A stretch of 64,000 nucleotides of DNA from Paraspadella gotoi (Eukaryota > Animalia > Chaetognatha), in the NCBI GenBank assembly GCA_051294375.1, contig CM119268.1, positions 21,139,869 to 21,203,868 of the forward strand, written 5' to 3'. This document shows positions 12,439 to 25,176 of the stretch, piece after piece. A model generated the notes under the pieces. The model was not told where the DNA came from, did no database searches, and was given only the letters and a program-made list of their open reading frames with translations. Position 1 is the stretch's first letter. Each line of letters starts with the position of its first letter. The translations under genes and the position numbers were made by a program.

Positions 12439-13351
12439 TTTATAATCTTTAATAATGATATTTAAATCAATATCATCAAAAGAAAAGCACGTTTTAATTC
12501 ATTTCCTCTCGATCGATCGCGTTCATCAGATTTAAACGATGATTTAATTAAATCCGGGTTCTAATCTAAGTCTCCAAGTGGAAAGAATATCACTACATCC
12601 GGACTTTTATACAAAGTCTTACTTTTTGAATAGATTATATATAAATAAATGATCGATTTAAAATTATTTGTCAGAAATATAAACTTTTAAAATTTTGCTT
12701 TAATGAGCAAATACTGTATTTTTTATAGGCTTTGGATAATTTAACCCAGTGCTATAAGATCATAGTATTTTACTTTACCCAAATTTTTTTTCTCACTTGT
12801 TCCTACATTTTTGTTTGTAAATTTTAAAATACAAATACTAAAATTAACTTTTAGTTTTTAATTTAAAGTTTTTCAATTTAAACCATTTACGTCGTCAATT
12901 TATTTCGAGACTCAACATCGCGAAGCCAAATGAATGTCTTTTTTCTCTCATGACTCTGTCCCTGTCTCGCTCAGTCTCAACAACTCCATCTCTGTCAGGT
13001 ATTTTCTATTTTGAACGTTTTCTTAGAGTTCTGATTTGTCTCTGGGTAGAGTTAAGATCTTAAACTCTTAACTCCATCTCATTTAATTATTATTAGATTT
13101 TAAATCTTTTGTTTAAAAAAATGTGTGATCAATATTTTCTTTAATAAAGTTAAAAATCATTGATATAAAAATTTGTAAGTTTTCTAATTATTTTTATTTT
13201 AAATTTTAAATATTTTATAAGTATTTCTCTTTTCTCTTTATGGCGAAATTCAGATTCTAGTCGTGGATTTTTTTGAGCTCGGAACCTTTTATCGATGCCG
13301 AGGAAATTTGATCCAGCGACGATGAAATGAGAGAAGGAAAAACCGAGAGAG

Positions 13352-13590
13352 GAATGTGGAAAAGGGATGTGGAAAAGGGATGTGGAAAAGGGATGTGGAT
13401 AGGAGATGTAGAAAAGGGATGAGGAGAGGAGATGTGAAGAGAAGCTGTGGAAAAGGGATGTGGTTAAGGGATGGTGTTAGGGGATGTGGAAAATAGATCT
13501 AGAAAAAGGATGTGGAAAAGAGATATGGAATAGGGATGTAAAAAGGGATATGTTAAAAGAGATATGGAAAAGGGGTGTGAAAAAGGGGTG
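13352..13590. repeat. Degenerate GGGATGTGGAAAA tandem repeat
   Basis: Seen directly. The reverse-complement motif TTCCACATCCCTTTT recurs at about 54770-54890. Confidence 0.8.
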
Positions 13591-13857
13591 TGTGGGTTTT
13601 TCTGGACGGGAATGTGGATAAAGAATGAGATGAGAAAGGGATGTGGAGTTTTTGTGGTTGGGTCTGTGTCAGAGAACTGTTTGGCTGACAAATCGATTGT
13701 GGAAGAGGATGTATTGAATTCATGTTGTATCGAATTGTATAGTTTAATCACCATTTAATTATAATTGGACTAATTATTTATTATTTATTTACCTTTCCTA
13801 AGTTTTGACACAATCATTTTAACCCGCGATATTTTTCCTATGAACACGAAGGGCTCC

Positions 13858-14076
13858 ATTACTTCCTCGCCCTCTCGCCCCAACTTTACTTCCTTGCCCT
13901 TTCGCCCCAACATTACTTCGTCGCCCTCTCGCCCCAACATTACCTTCTCGCTCTCTCGCCCCAACATTATTTCCACGCTCTCTGCCCTAACATTATTTCC
14001 TCGACCTCTGCCCTAACATTATTTCCACGCCCTCTGCCCTAACATTATTTCCACACCCTCTGCCCTACCATTACTT
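13858..14076. repeat. 26-27-bp minisatellite (CCC(C/T)AACATTA(C/T)TTCC..GCCCTCT(C)G)
   Basis: About 8 copies, shifting from a 27-bp to a 26-bp unit along the array. Confidence 0.85.
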
Positions 14077-14947
14077 CTTCCATTTCTTCCAACCCGAGGT
14101 CCTGAATCCCATACGGAGATGTAGTAATCCAGATCATAAACTTGACCTAATTTATCTTTTTATTTGTCTCCCGCGGAAAAGAAGACATTTATTTTTTTCC
14201 CTTTCTCTTTGAATAAAAGATAAAGCGAAATTTGCAAAATGGGTAGAGAATATAGTGCGTCAACTGCCAAATGATACTGAAAATTAAATACTCTTGTTTC
14301 ACTTACGGAATTCTATTTGTAGTATACTGTTCGTATTAAGAAATCGAATTATTTCAATCGTTAATTATTTTTCTTATTTATTTAAAATTTAAAAGTTTTT
14401 AAAAAAATTAAAGGAAGATTTTTAAGGGCTGATATAAAATGGCGCGTTTTTTTTGGACGTTACTGTATTTATTCTGTGTCGTAGTCGTTAAGATACAACT
14501 TGATACAGTCAGTTAAGCAGCAGTACTGAGCAGTCGTGTAGCATTTTACTGAACCTCCTCGCATTTTGGGTTCAATCCCAATGTTTCCCCCATATTTTGG
14601 CAAATTGTCACGAGACAAAAAAATGAAATAAAGCACGTCTCCACGTTGCCATGCCAACCTCATAAAACCAGTGAGATGCCCCTCGCGGTCCGCAGCCCGT
14701 GACTCACCAACGAATAATTCAATTTGTTCATTAGAAAGAGCAAATGGAACGAGCTTTGTGCTCCATTTCTTAACTGTCTCAATTTCCCAACTCCTAAGTC
14801 AAGTTTCTCTTTAATATGGATGCAATTTACGCCCTAAGAGACGAATAAAGACGAAAAGCGAAAAAAAGAGCAAAAAAAGCAAAAAAGGAAAAAAAAAAGC
14901 TCAAGTTAAATTCATCCGGCAGACTTTTTTTTAATTCTAATTTTCAA

Positions 14948-15090
<143 letters not shown>

Positions 15091-16228
15091 CACTCAGTGT
15101 CTGTCTCTCTGAATAGACTTTATTTTCTCGCCTTAACTAAATCGAATTCTTTTGAATCTGAAAAATCCCAAAATCACAACTCTTACAAAAGAGAGAGAGC
15201 GAGAGGCTGAGGGAGAGATTCCTCGCCACTGGATCGAGAAATTCCCGAAGGAGGGGAAGGGAGAAACGGAGGAAAGAAAAGAGACGATGGAGGAAAGGAA
15301 AGAAGAAAAGACGGAGGAAAGAAAGAGGAGATATTAAAGGCAGATAAAAAAAGGGACAAATGGAGAGAAATTGGTAAGAATTAGTGGAAAAAAGAAAAAG
15401 AGAGAAGTTAGAAAAAAAAAAGAAAGATTGTAGATTAAAACAGATCAATGGAAAAAGATTAGTAAAAATGGAACTGAAATAAAAAGGACAAGAAAGAGAA
15501 AAAAAAAAAGAAAATGAATATTGATGTTAGAATGAGAATCTTTTGAAGAGAAAAAGAAATAGAATACAATAGAATAAAATAGTATATATATATATATATT
15601 TATATATTTATATATATATCTATTTTCCTTTCACTCTCAAATCAAATCTCTCTCTCTGCCATATCTAGTCATCATGAGAGAGAAAAAACGTAAAAATTGA
15701 ATATTTAAAAGCGAAGTTTTTAATCGCTGCGAAAATATTAATTAGTTAATCCATTTTTGGCTCAGATTTTTGATTTTTTTTTTTTTAAATTTGATAAAAT
15801 TTTATTTTTATTTTTATTTTCGTTGACGTCGATGGCCAAAAATTATTCCGCGGAGTAAACACGATCGTTTCGTAGGAGGGAGTTTGTTTTCGTTTCGTAC
15901 GATAGAGANNNNNNNNNNNNNNNNNNNNNNNNNNNNNNNNNNNNNNNNNNNNNNNNNNNNNNNNNNNNNNNNNNNNNNNNNNNNNNNNNNNNNNNNNNNN
16001 NNNNNNNNNNNNNNNNNNNNNNNNNNNNNNNNNNNNNNNNNNNNNNNNNNNNNNNNNNNNNNNNNNNNNNNNNNNNNNNNNNNNNNNNNNNNNNNNNNNN
16101 NNNNNNNNNNNNNNNNNNNNNNNNNNNNNNNNNNNNNNNNNNNNNNNNNNNNNNNNNNNNNNNNNNNNNNNNNNNNNNNNNNNNNNNNNNNNNNNNNNNN
16201 NNNNNNNNNNNNNNNNNNNNNNNNNNNN

Positions 16229-16260
<32 letters not shown>

Positions 16261-17473
16261 GCGAAAAATAGAGAAGGAGCGATGGAGAGAGAGCGATAGA
16301 CGGATGGAGAGAAAGAAGGAAAAAAATCGTTTCTCATGATAACGTTGACGAGAGACAGAGGAAGAAGAGGAAGAAGAGGAGGAGGAGAAAGAGAATATAA
16401 AAAAGTAAAAGAAGGAAAAGAAAAAGGAAGACAATAGAAATAAGAAGAGAGGATAAAAGCAAACAAGCAAAATAAAGCAAAGTAGAGGAAGAGGGAAAAA
16501 AGGAAAAGAGAAGCTGAGGAAGAGGAGAAGGAGAAAGAAAGGGAAGTTGGGAAGCAGAAAGAGGAGGAGGAGGGAAAAAAGGAGCAGGAAAAAGAGAGGA
16601 AGGGGCGGAGGAAAGGGAAGAGGAGGAAGAAAAAGAGGAAAGGAGGAGGAAGAGGAGGAAAGGGAAGAAAGGGAGGAAAGAGAGGAGGAAATGGAGGATG
16701 AAGGGGAGGAGGAAGAGGAGGAGCAACGTGCCACGAAAAATCCTGACGAGCCACGTCTGCTGCCGGTCCCATGCCCAGTCTTTCGAGGACGACGACGACG
16801 ACGACGNNNNNNNNNNNNNNNNNNNNNNNNNNNNNNNNNNNNNNNNNNNNNNNNNNNNNNNNNNNNNNNNNNNNNNNNNNNNNNNNNNNNNNNNNNNNNN
16901 NNNNNNNNNNNNNNNNNNNNNNNNNNNNNNNNNNNNNNNNNNNNNNNNNNNNNNNNNNNNNNNNNNNNNNNNNNNNNNNNNNNNNNNNNNNNNNNNNNNN
17001 NNNNNNNNNNNNNNNNNNNNNNNNNNNNNNNNNNNNNNNNNNNNNNNNNNNNNNNNNNNNNNNNNNNNNNNNNNNNNNNNNNNNNNNNNNNNNNNNNNNN
17101 NNNNNNNNNNNNNNNNNNNNNNNNNNNNNNNNNNNNNNNNNNNNNNNNNNNNNNNNNNNNNNNNNNNNNNNNNNNNNNNNNNNNNNNNATTATGATGATG
17201 ATGATAATGATGATGTTGATGATGATAATAATGATGATGATAATGATGATGATGATGATGACGATGATGATAATGTTTATGATAATAATGATGATATTTT
17301 TCCGCCAGAATGAGAGGGAACGATGACCAAAAAAACAAATTAAGGAAAATTTGGAAATTTTGAAAACAAAACTGAAGATTAGAGGAAAAAGATTAAAGGA
17401 AATATGAGATAATTGTAAAAATTTGATTTAATTAAAGAAATTGTGCGTATTTATACGTGTGTGAATTAAAAAT

Positions 17474-17474
<1 letters not shown>

Positions 17475-17565
<91 letters not shown>
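17475..17565. repeat. (AAT)n microsatellite; a (GAC)n tract follows at 17703-17764
   Basis: Seen directly. Confidence 0.95.
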
Positions 17566-17702
17566 TAATTATAAAGTTAAATTACGACAGGAATACGTCA
17601 ATAATATGAAGGCGTCGTTGATGACGAAAGCAACAACAACAACAACAACAACAAGCATCCACGCCCGACGACGCCCGTTGCTCTCGACGATTATGTCGCC
17701 AC

Positions 17703-17769
<67 letters not shown>

Positions 17770-19030
17770 ACAAGTAGATTTGGATGCCGAGGATTTTTAT
17801 CCCGGAAATGGGCTTCTAAACGACGACGACGACGACGACGACGACGACCCCCACAATTCAAAACATTCATTAAATTGTTTTCATCTTCTGCTTCTTTTTA
17901 GGTTCGATGCTTCGCTTTTTCTTTTCCTTTGACGCTCAACTATCAACGCCCTTCTCTTTAGCCCGCCTCGTCCCTTCTCTTTTTCTTTTCCTTTGGCGNN
18001 NNNNNNNNNNNNNNNNNNNNNNNNNNNNNNNNNNNNNNNNNNNNNNNNNNNNNNNNNNNNNNNNNNNNNNNNNNNNNNNNNNNNNNNNNNNNNNNNNNNN
18101 NNNNNNNNNNNNNNNNNNNNNNNNNNNNNNNNNNNNNNNNNNNNNNNNNNNNNNNNNNNNNNNNNNNNNNNNNNNNNNNNNNNNNNNNNNNNCCTTCTTT
18201 TTATTTTCCTTTGACGCCTTTCTCTTTAGCCCGCCTCGTCCCTTCTTTTCCTCGGGAGAGACCACACCAAATCACCACGCCACATTAGCATAGCACATTG
18301 CCACAGCAAATCATCACATATAATCACACTTTAAATTTTCGAAATAACTCTTTCTCAATGATCATCAACAGCTTTCGGTGATAGCAACTATCATTACTCT
18401 CGAGTTTTATCACAAAAAGTCGGTTATCATAAGGATTTCTCTTTCTCCTTCATTTTCTCTCTCACCACTTATCACCAAATTCACTCTTTTTTTTCTTCTT
18501 AATCCTAAAGACAAAAAAGAATAAAGAAACAAATAAATGAAAAAAAAGGAAAGAAAAGAAAAGAGAAACTAATATATTGGTTGTACCAATTTCATATTTA
18601 TGAATATTGAATTAACTTCCAAAACAAAAAGAAATTCACATTTTTGTTTTTGTTTTTAATTCCGATTCAACTAGTGAGTCATTTACTTACAAATTGGTTT
18701 ACAACTAATCAATTTAGTGTAAGGCTGATTATAGTTAATTATAATAATTCATGATTTAAACGGACATCATATGTAATTTCCATTCTGTCTTTCGTGATTT
18801 TCACATCAGCTCCTTTCTCTCCTTACGCCTTCTTTTTCCTAACTTTTCCTCCTTCCTCCCTTTCCTCCCCCTTCCTCCCTCTCCTTTCCTTCCTCCCCTC
18901 TTCCCCGTCCCCTTTCCTCTCCTTCCTCCCTCTCTTTATTCCTCCTTTCCTTCCTCCCCCTGGAAGACACGTTGGGGGCATCGAATATTCGCCCCTTAAT
19001 CTCTCTCTCATTCTTCAAAACGAGGGAAAG

Positions 19031-19154
<124 letters not shown>

Positions 19155-21644
19155 TTCATAACTGTCCTCTGGTGCCTCTTTTGCTAGCGTCTCGCTCGTC
19201 CCTCTACCGTTGATCGTAAAAAAACTGTCCCATAGAAAAAAAAAATGAGCTTTTTTTTCACTCTCTTTCTTAGGCTGCCTTGAATGCTCTCACCTCTCTG
19301 TAACCTCTCTCCATTTGTATTTTTATTTTTAGCTGGCCCCTGAACGAACGCGAAAAAAATTTTATGGGCGTCATAAAACAAGAGATAGGCTCAAGATTTT
19401 GCCCTCTCTCTCTCTCTCTGCCTCTCTCTCTCTGTCTCTCTCTCTCTCTCTCTACTCTCCTCTCATCTCTCTCTCTTACTCTCGTCAGCAACTTCTATAG
19501 AATGATTTAACGTCTTCCTTAAACAAAAAAAGTAAAAAAATAAGGTAACACATTACCTTTTTTTACTGAAGATATCGGAAAATATTTTTTTCTTAAGATT
19601 TTCTCTCATTTTGACTTTGTTTTANNNNNNNNNNNNNNNNNNNNNNNNNCCCGAATTTCTTAGAGAGAGAGAGACCGAGAGAGCAGCAAGACGAGAGGGG
19701 CGAGAGAGACAGAGAGAGAGGAAGCAGAGCAAGGGAGAGAGTATCGACAGAGCAGACGAAAGAAGAAAGAAAAACAAAAAGAAAGAAGAAGAGAAAAGAC
19801 AAGAAAGAAAAGCAAAGAAAAAAGAACAGAACAGGAAAGCCAGAGAGAGGGGAGAGGAAGAGGAGAGAGAGAGAGGGAGAGGAGACGAGAAGACGAGAAG
19901 ACGAGAGACGAGCGAGAGATGAAGACGAGAGAGAGCACGCAGAAAGACGAAAAGAAAAAACGAGATTAAAAGAAAAGAACAATGCCCTGAAACACATGAC
20001 TCTTCCTTCCAAACAACGTTTCTTAATCTCTCTTCTTGGGTGTGTGTGAAATAAAATACTACAAAATCGTTAAAATCGAAATTTTGGACTTACTTAGTTT
20101 TCTGATATAAGCGACCTGAAGATTTCTAAAAAAAATTACCAAATTTTATAAAATTCATACGTATTTTTTTCTAACTGGATTGCGTTATATTTTATCAATC
20201 GAGAATCTGTCATAATCTTTTCATTCAATTATTATGACCTCTATTTTATTTTAATGGTTTAAAATTTAATGTAACGTCCAATGCACAAGAAAAGAAGATA
20301 ACCCATTTTTTTCAAAATTTTCCTTTTTTAATTTCTTTTCTTTTCTTTTCTTTTCTTTCTTTCATTTTTCCTCTTGTTTTCTTTTTCTTTTCCTTTCTTT
20401 TTTCCTTTCATTTTTTCTCTTCTTTTTTTTCTTTCTTTTTTTTCTCTTTCATTTTTTATTTACTTTCTCTTCTTCTGTCTTTCCACATCTTCGCTGTTTG
20501 GATATTCCGCGCTGCTCCCTTGTCTCGGGCCAGTGGACCGCGACAAATAACATTGCGTCGCTCCGTAAAAAATGACGCCGGGACTCGGGACCTGAAACCG
20601 GCGTCCCATCAACCACGCCCCCCCCAAGACCTCAAACTTGGGACCTAAGGTCTCCCAAGAAACAGGCGTCGTATCACCCACGCCCCTTGAGACCGCACAG
20701 TGTATTTTTAGTTTCACTTTACAAAACCAAACAGTGTAATTATAAAAAAGTCGGGAAATATTATTTCCATTCTCTCTCCCCAGATAACAGAGTTTATCTC
20801 TAAACTCTGAATCAGCAGGGCGATTTTTTGTTCCAACGAATTTCCCGTTCCAAACCCCACAGTGGTTTCACGAGATCTCACAATCAAACGTCAAACTTCT
20901 CACTACTCAAGCCCTCGGGACGACCTTCTATTCTCGTCACGAACCCAACGCACAACATCCTAGTCTATTAAGGATTGTACGAAGTCAGAGGACAAAATAG
21001 TAACTCTTTTCACGAATTAATTGATGCGACCGTAATTTCACACCGACTCACCTCCCATTTGACCCAAGCCGAGGAACACACCCTCCCGACCGTGCGCTCT
21101 ATCCACCGTGCTCAATACTTTTAACCACGTTGGCACAAGCGAGACGAACCTAAGGTGAATGCGTCAGTGGTTGGTGACGCCTCTGAGAGTCAGAAGCTCG
21201 GAATGCTAACAGGTGTTGGACACTAACGGCAAATCATCTGGGAGCATAACATAATATTTACAGAGGTTATGTCTATTTTACAAATACCAAACAAAGGAAA
21301 CGAATGAGAGTATCAAAATCTCAAAATCTTTCATACATTCGCTTTTATCACAAAAAATTATTTTCGAATTAGAAGTCTCGTGATCACTTTCCGCTTTAGC
21401 CGAACTTCGTTAAAACCGAATTTCACTCAATCCGTTAACTTCCTTTTTAACTCCTTCACATTTCGCGGTGAGATTTCGTCCGTGAAGGTCGTGCGAGAGA
21501 GAAACGTGAAAATCACCAAATCATTAAATTTAAAAATCGTTTTTCACCCAAAATTAATTTTTTTTATTAGTTGATTAACTTTTTTTTTAACCTTCGTTAG
21601 GCTGAGGTTTTTTTCCTCTTAAGATTTAAAAGATGAGGATGAAC

Positions 21645-21721
<77 letters not shown>

Positions 21722-21913
21722 CACACGATGGAAAGGCCACGTCGCCCGGTGACATTCGCAAGAACATGAGGAGACGAAGGGAGCAGAGAGGAAGAAGAGA
21801 GAGGAATAGAAGAGAGGAAGAGAAGAGAGGAAGAGGAGAGAGGAAGAGGAGAGAGGAAGAGGAGAGAGGAATAGGAGAGAGGAAGAGGAAGAGGGGGAAG
21901 TAAATTGGATAAG

Positions 21914-22078
21914 ATTACATTGCTCAATTTTACAAAAGCGCCCATATCTGTTCCTAATCACTGAGTAATTTGTTAACTCAACTATATTCTAACCCTAATA
22001 ACTTAACTGCTAACCTAATCCCTAACCTAATTCAAAGTCCCTAATCCTAACTAATTAATAGATGTGGGCAATTGTAAT
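21914..22078. mobile_element. Short Helentron/HINE-like element with telomere-like (CTAACC/CTAATCC) core
   Basis: GCCCATATCT (21940-21949) and AGATGTGGGC (22060-22069) are inverted repeats enclosing degenerate CTAACCCTAA/CTAACCTAATCCCTAA units. ATTACATTGCTC (21914) also resembles the reverse complement of GGCAATTGTAAT. Confidence 0.45.
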
Positions 22079-23059
22079 AGTTTGCATTAATAGAAAAAAA
22101 GGTAATTAAGAATTTGTGTATTCGAAAGAGCAAATGACAATTTCGAAAATTTGCTTCATATATACGATTTGTCTAAAACTTGAAAATCGTGAAAAATCAC
22201 TCGAGATAAAAACAAAAGAAAAACAATAAATATTAATCAAGATTTTTGTTTCAAATTCGCGTTTTAGGGGAATTTTTTATTTTTTTTTTGTATTGCGAGG
22301 TTCAATCAAAAAACTGACAAGAGAGAGAAACTGTAGTGAATAACAATGGAACCAGTGAGGAAGAAAGTGAAAAAGAGGAAGAGAGGAAAAGACATGATGA
22401 GGAAAGGATGAAGTTAAGGGGGAGAAAAAAGAAAAGAGAAAAAAGAAAATAGAAAAAAGAAAAAAATAGAAAAAAGAAAATAGAAATAGAAAAAAGAAAA
22501 TATAAAAAAGAAAAAAATTAGAAAAAATAGAAAAAGAATTAAAAGAAAACAGAAAAAGAAAATTAAAAAAAGAGAAAATAGAAAAAAAATAGAAAAAGAA
22601 TGAAAAGAAATAGAAAAAAGAAAATAGAAAATAGAAAAAGAAAAAAGAAAAAAATAGAAAATAGAAAAAAGAAAAATAATAAAAAAGGGGAAACGTAACG
22701 AGGAAAGTTTTTTTTTTTTTAAATTAAGTTTAGACTTTAACATTCTAGTGCGGAGTACTATAGTACTTCTCTCGCCGTGCGTCGCTGTTACAATTCCTGG
22801 TTATCCAAGTTCTGGATAAAATTCATCGCGACCTGTTTAAACATGCCCGTCCCAGCAAGCGGTCACTGAGGGTCAGCGGCCCTTACGAGAGTATTTACCA
22901 CGCGCTGATAAAGTTAGATATTAGTAGATAATTGCACAATATCACATACATAAAATAGTGATTATTAAAAGAATGAGGAGCTAAACGGCGAAAGGTGACC
23001 CGTAAAGAAGGCGGCATTCGGAGTGAAAGGAAAAGAAAAGGAAATGGACGAGAAGAAAA

Positions 23060-23113
<54 letters not shown>

Positions 23114-23436
23114 AGAGGAGGAGAGAGAGAAGAGAGAGAGAGAGAGAGAAAGAAGAGAGAAAGAGAAATGAGAGAGGGAAAGAGAGAATGCTGTCAGAAA
23201 AAAGGGCGCAAAGGTTACTTGCTTTTTTTACTGGTCGCTCTCTTGAGGTCAGCTTCGTCGGGTTTCAATCCGATCTCGTATCTTCTCCGGGCGAGATGGA
23301 GCGAGATGGCTGGAGGGACAGTTATGGATAGTTAAGTACAGTCAAGTACATTCTGGGACAGTCGGGGACTTCGAAGTTTTCTCCGGAATCATTTCTGGCC
23401 AAGCAAAGCTCGCCCAATTTATTTTTGATCGACCGA

Positions 23437-23662
23437 GGGTCAGACCTGGTTAAAAGTCGCTCTGTCTGACCCGGATGGGTTGCCCAGGGTTAGACCCGGT
23501 TAGATATCGCAGGGTTTGACACAATTGTGTCGCCAAGGGCCTAACCTGGCTGGGTCTGACCCGGATGAAGATGGGAGAATCTGACCCCGTAATGCCGTCC
23601 AGGGTCTGACTCCGACAGACGTTTTTCGGTCTGACCTCTTTGTATCGCCCGTGGACTGACAG
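23437..23662. repeat. 25-bp-period array of a palindromic GGGTCTGACCC-like core with variable 14-bp spacers
   Basis: Cores start at 23437, 23462, 23487, 23512, 23537, 23552, 23577, 23602, 23627 and 23652. Confidence 0.8.
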
Positions 23663-24382
23663 AGGTCGTGCAGAGTCGCGTTATGAAGCGACGATGTTTG
23701 GTCTTCTTTCGCGGGCGAGGGAATTCGGGGGTCAAAGGGTGAAATCCGGTGGGGAGGAAGAGGAGGAGGAGGGAGAGAAGGAGGAGGAGAAAGAAGAGGA
23801 GGGAGAGAAGGAGGGAGAGGAAGAGAATGGAGAGACGGAGGAGGAGGAGGGAGAGAAGAGGAAGAGGAGGGTGAGAAGAAGGAGGAGGAGGAGAAGGCAG
23901 AAAAGGAGGAGGAGGAGGAGGAAGAGGATGAGGAAGACAAGGGGTCATTTAGGAAACCTGGGGGGGTGGTACAATTTGAGGGACAAAATAAGGGGTGATG
24001 CGTCTTTTAGTGAGGTGAAGGAAAAGTGATTTGTTGGATCTTTAGTTGTGTATGATATGAATTAGTTCAACCAATTTAAAAATTATTCGGTCATTAAATA
24101 GAAAAGCTTTGTACGTGCCTGACTTTGGACATCTTGCAGGCTTTCAATCAAGTCTCTAACATTCTAGTTTACTCACTCCGAGAGTGATTGGTTTGACTAA
24201 TAATAAAATGTCATAATATTCTTTTATCTGTGAGACTAGTGAGGCATTATTTGGAACCGTGACACTGAGGAGCTGTGAAACCTACTGTGAGACTGTGATC
24301 AGTTTTTCTCTGGCACAATGAGAATCTGTGAGATAATAATAGGGCTGGTGAGACCATTGGTTGAGGTGAATCACTTGTGAGA

Positions 24383-24612
24383 TACGGTAAGACCCTGGGG
24401 GCTGCGGTAAGACCCCGCGGGGGGCAGTAAGACCGCGGGAGATGGAAGACCCGAGGGTTAGTAAGACGCTATGGGGTGAAAGCCGAGGTGAAAGCGGTAA
24501 GACCCTAAGAAGGGCGGAAAAAACCAAAGTGGGGGAGCGGCAAGACCCAGAGGGGCGCGGTAAGACCCAGAGGGGCGCGGTAAGACCCCGAGGGGGGCGG
24601 TAAGACCCCTTG
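24383..24612. repeat. GC-rich ~21-bp tandem repeat with a GCGGTAAGACCC core
   Basis: About 10 copies of (G)CGGTAAGACCC, some degenerate. Confidence 0.85.
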
Positions 24613-24744
24613 GAGGTCGACCGGACGAATAAATCGAAGCTTTCGGTTCAGAGGCGGAAAAGGAAGGAAGGAGCACTCTTGTTGCGACTGGGATTATTGA
24701 GCGAGAAGTATCTCTCTCTCTCTCTTTCTCTCTCTCCTCTCCTC

Positions 24745-24799
<55 letters not shown>

Positions 24800-25116
24800 A
24801 AGTAGTAGGGACGATCCCTTCTTCACAATAACCGAGAAAACAAAGCCGAAGTTTCCGTAAAAGAATCGGGAAATATTTTTTTTCTTTTTTCTTTTTTTCT
24901 TTTTTTGTAGAAATCCGTTTAAAATAAAAAGCTTCTTTTTAAGTTGTTGCAATAGTTGTTGTTGTGGTTGTTGTTGTCATCAATGTTTTAATTCCCTTGT
25001 CTAAATTTTCCTCCTAGGTCGATGTAGTTGTTGTCATCGCCGATCATCAACGTCGTTGCTGTTATTGTCATTCCCACGATCCTTGTCATCGTCAAAATCC
25101 TTCTTTTCTCGTTTTA

Positions 25117-25176
<60 letters not shown>

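Noticed and set aside
23437-23662. CRISPR array interpretation of the core/spacer array
   Set aside because: The context is eukaryotic, 11-bp repeats and 14-bp spacers are too short, spacers are related to each other, and there are no cas genes.
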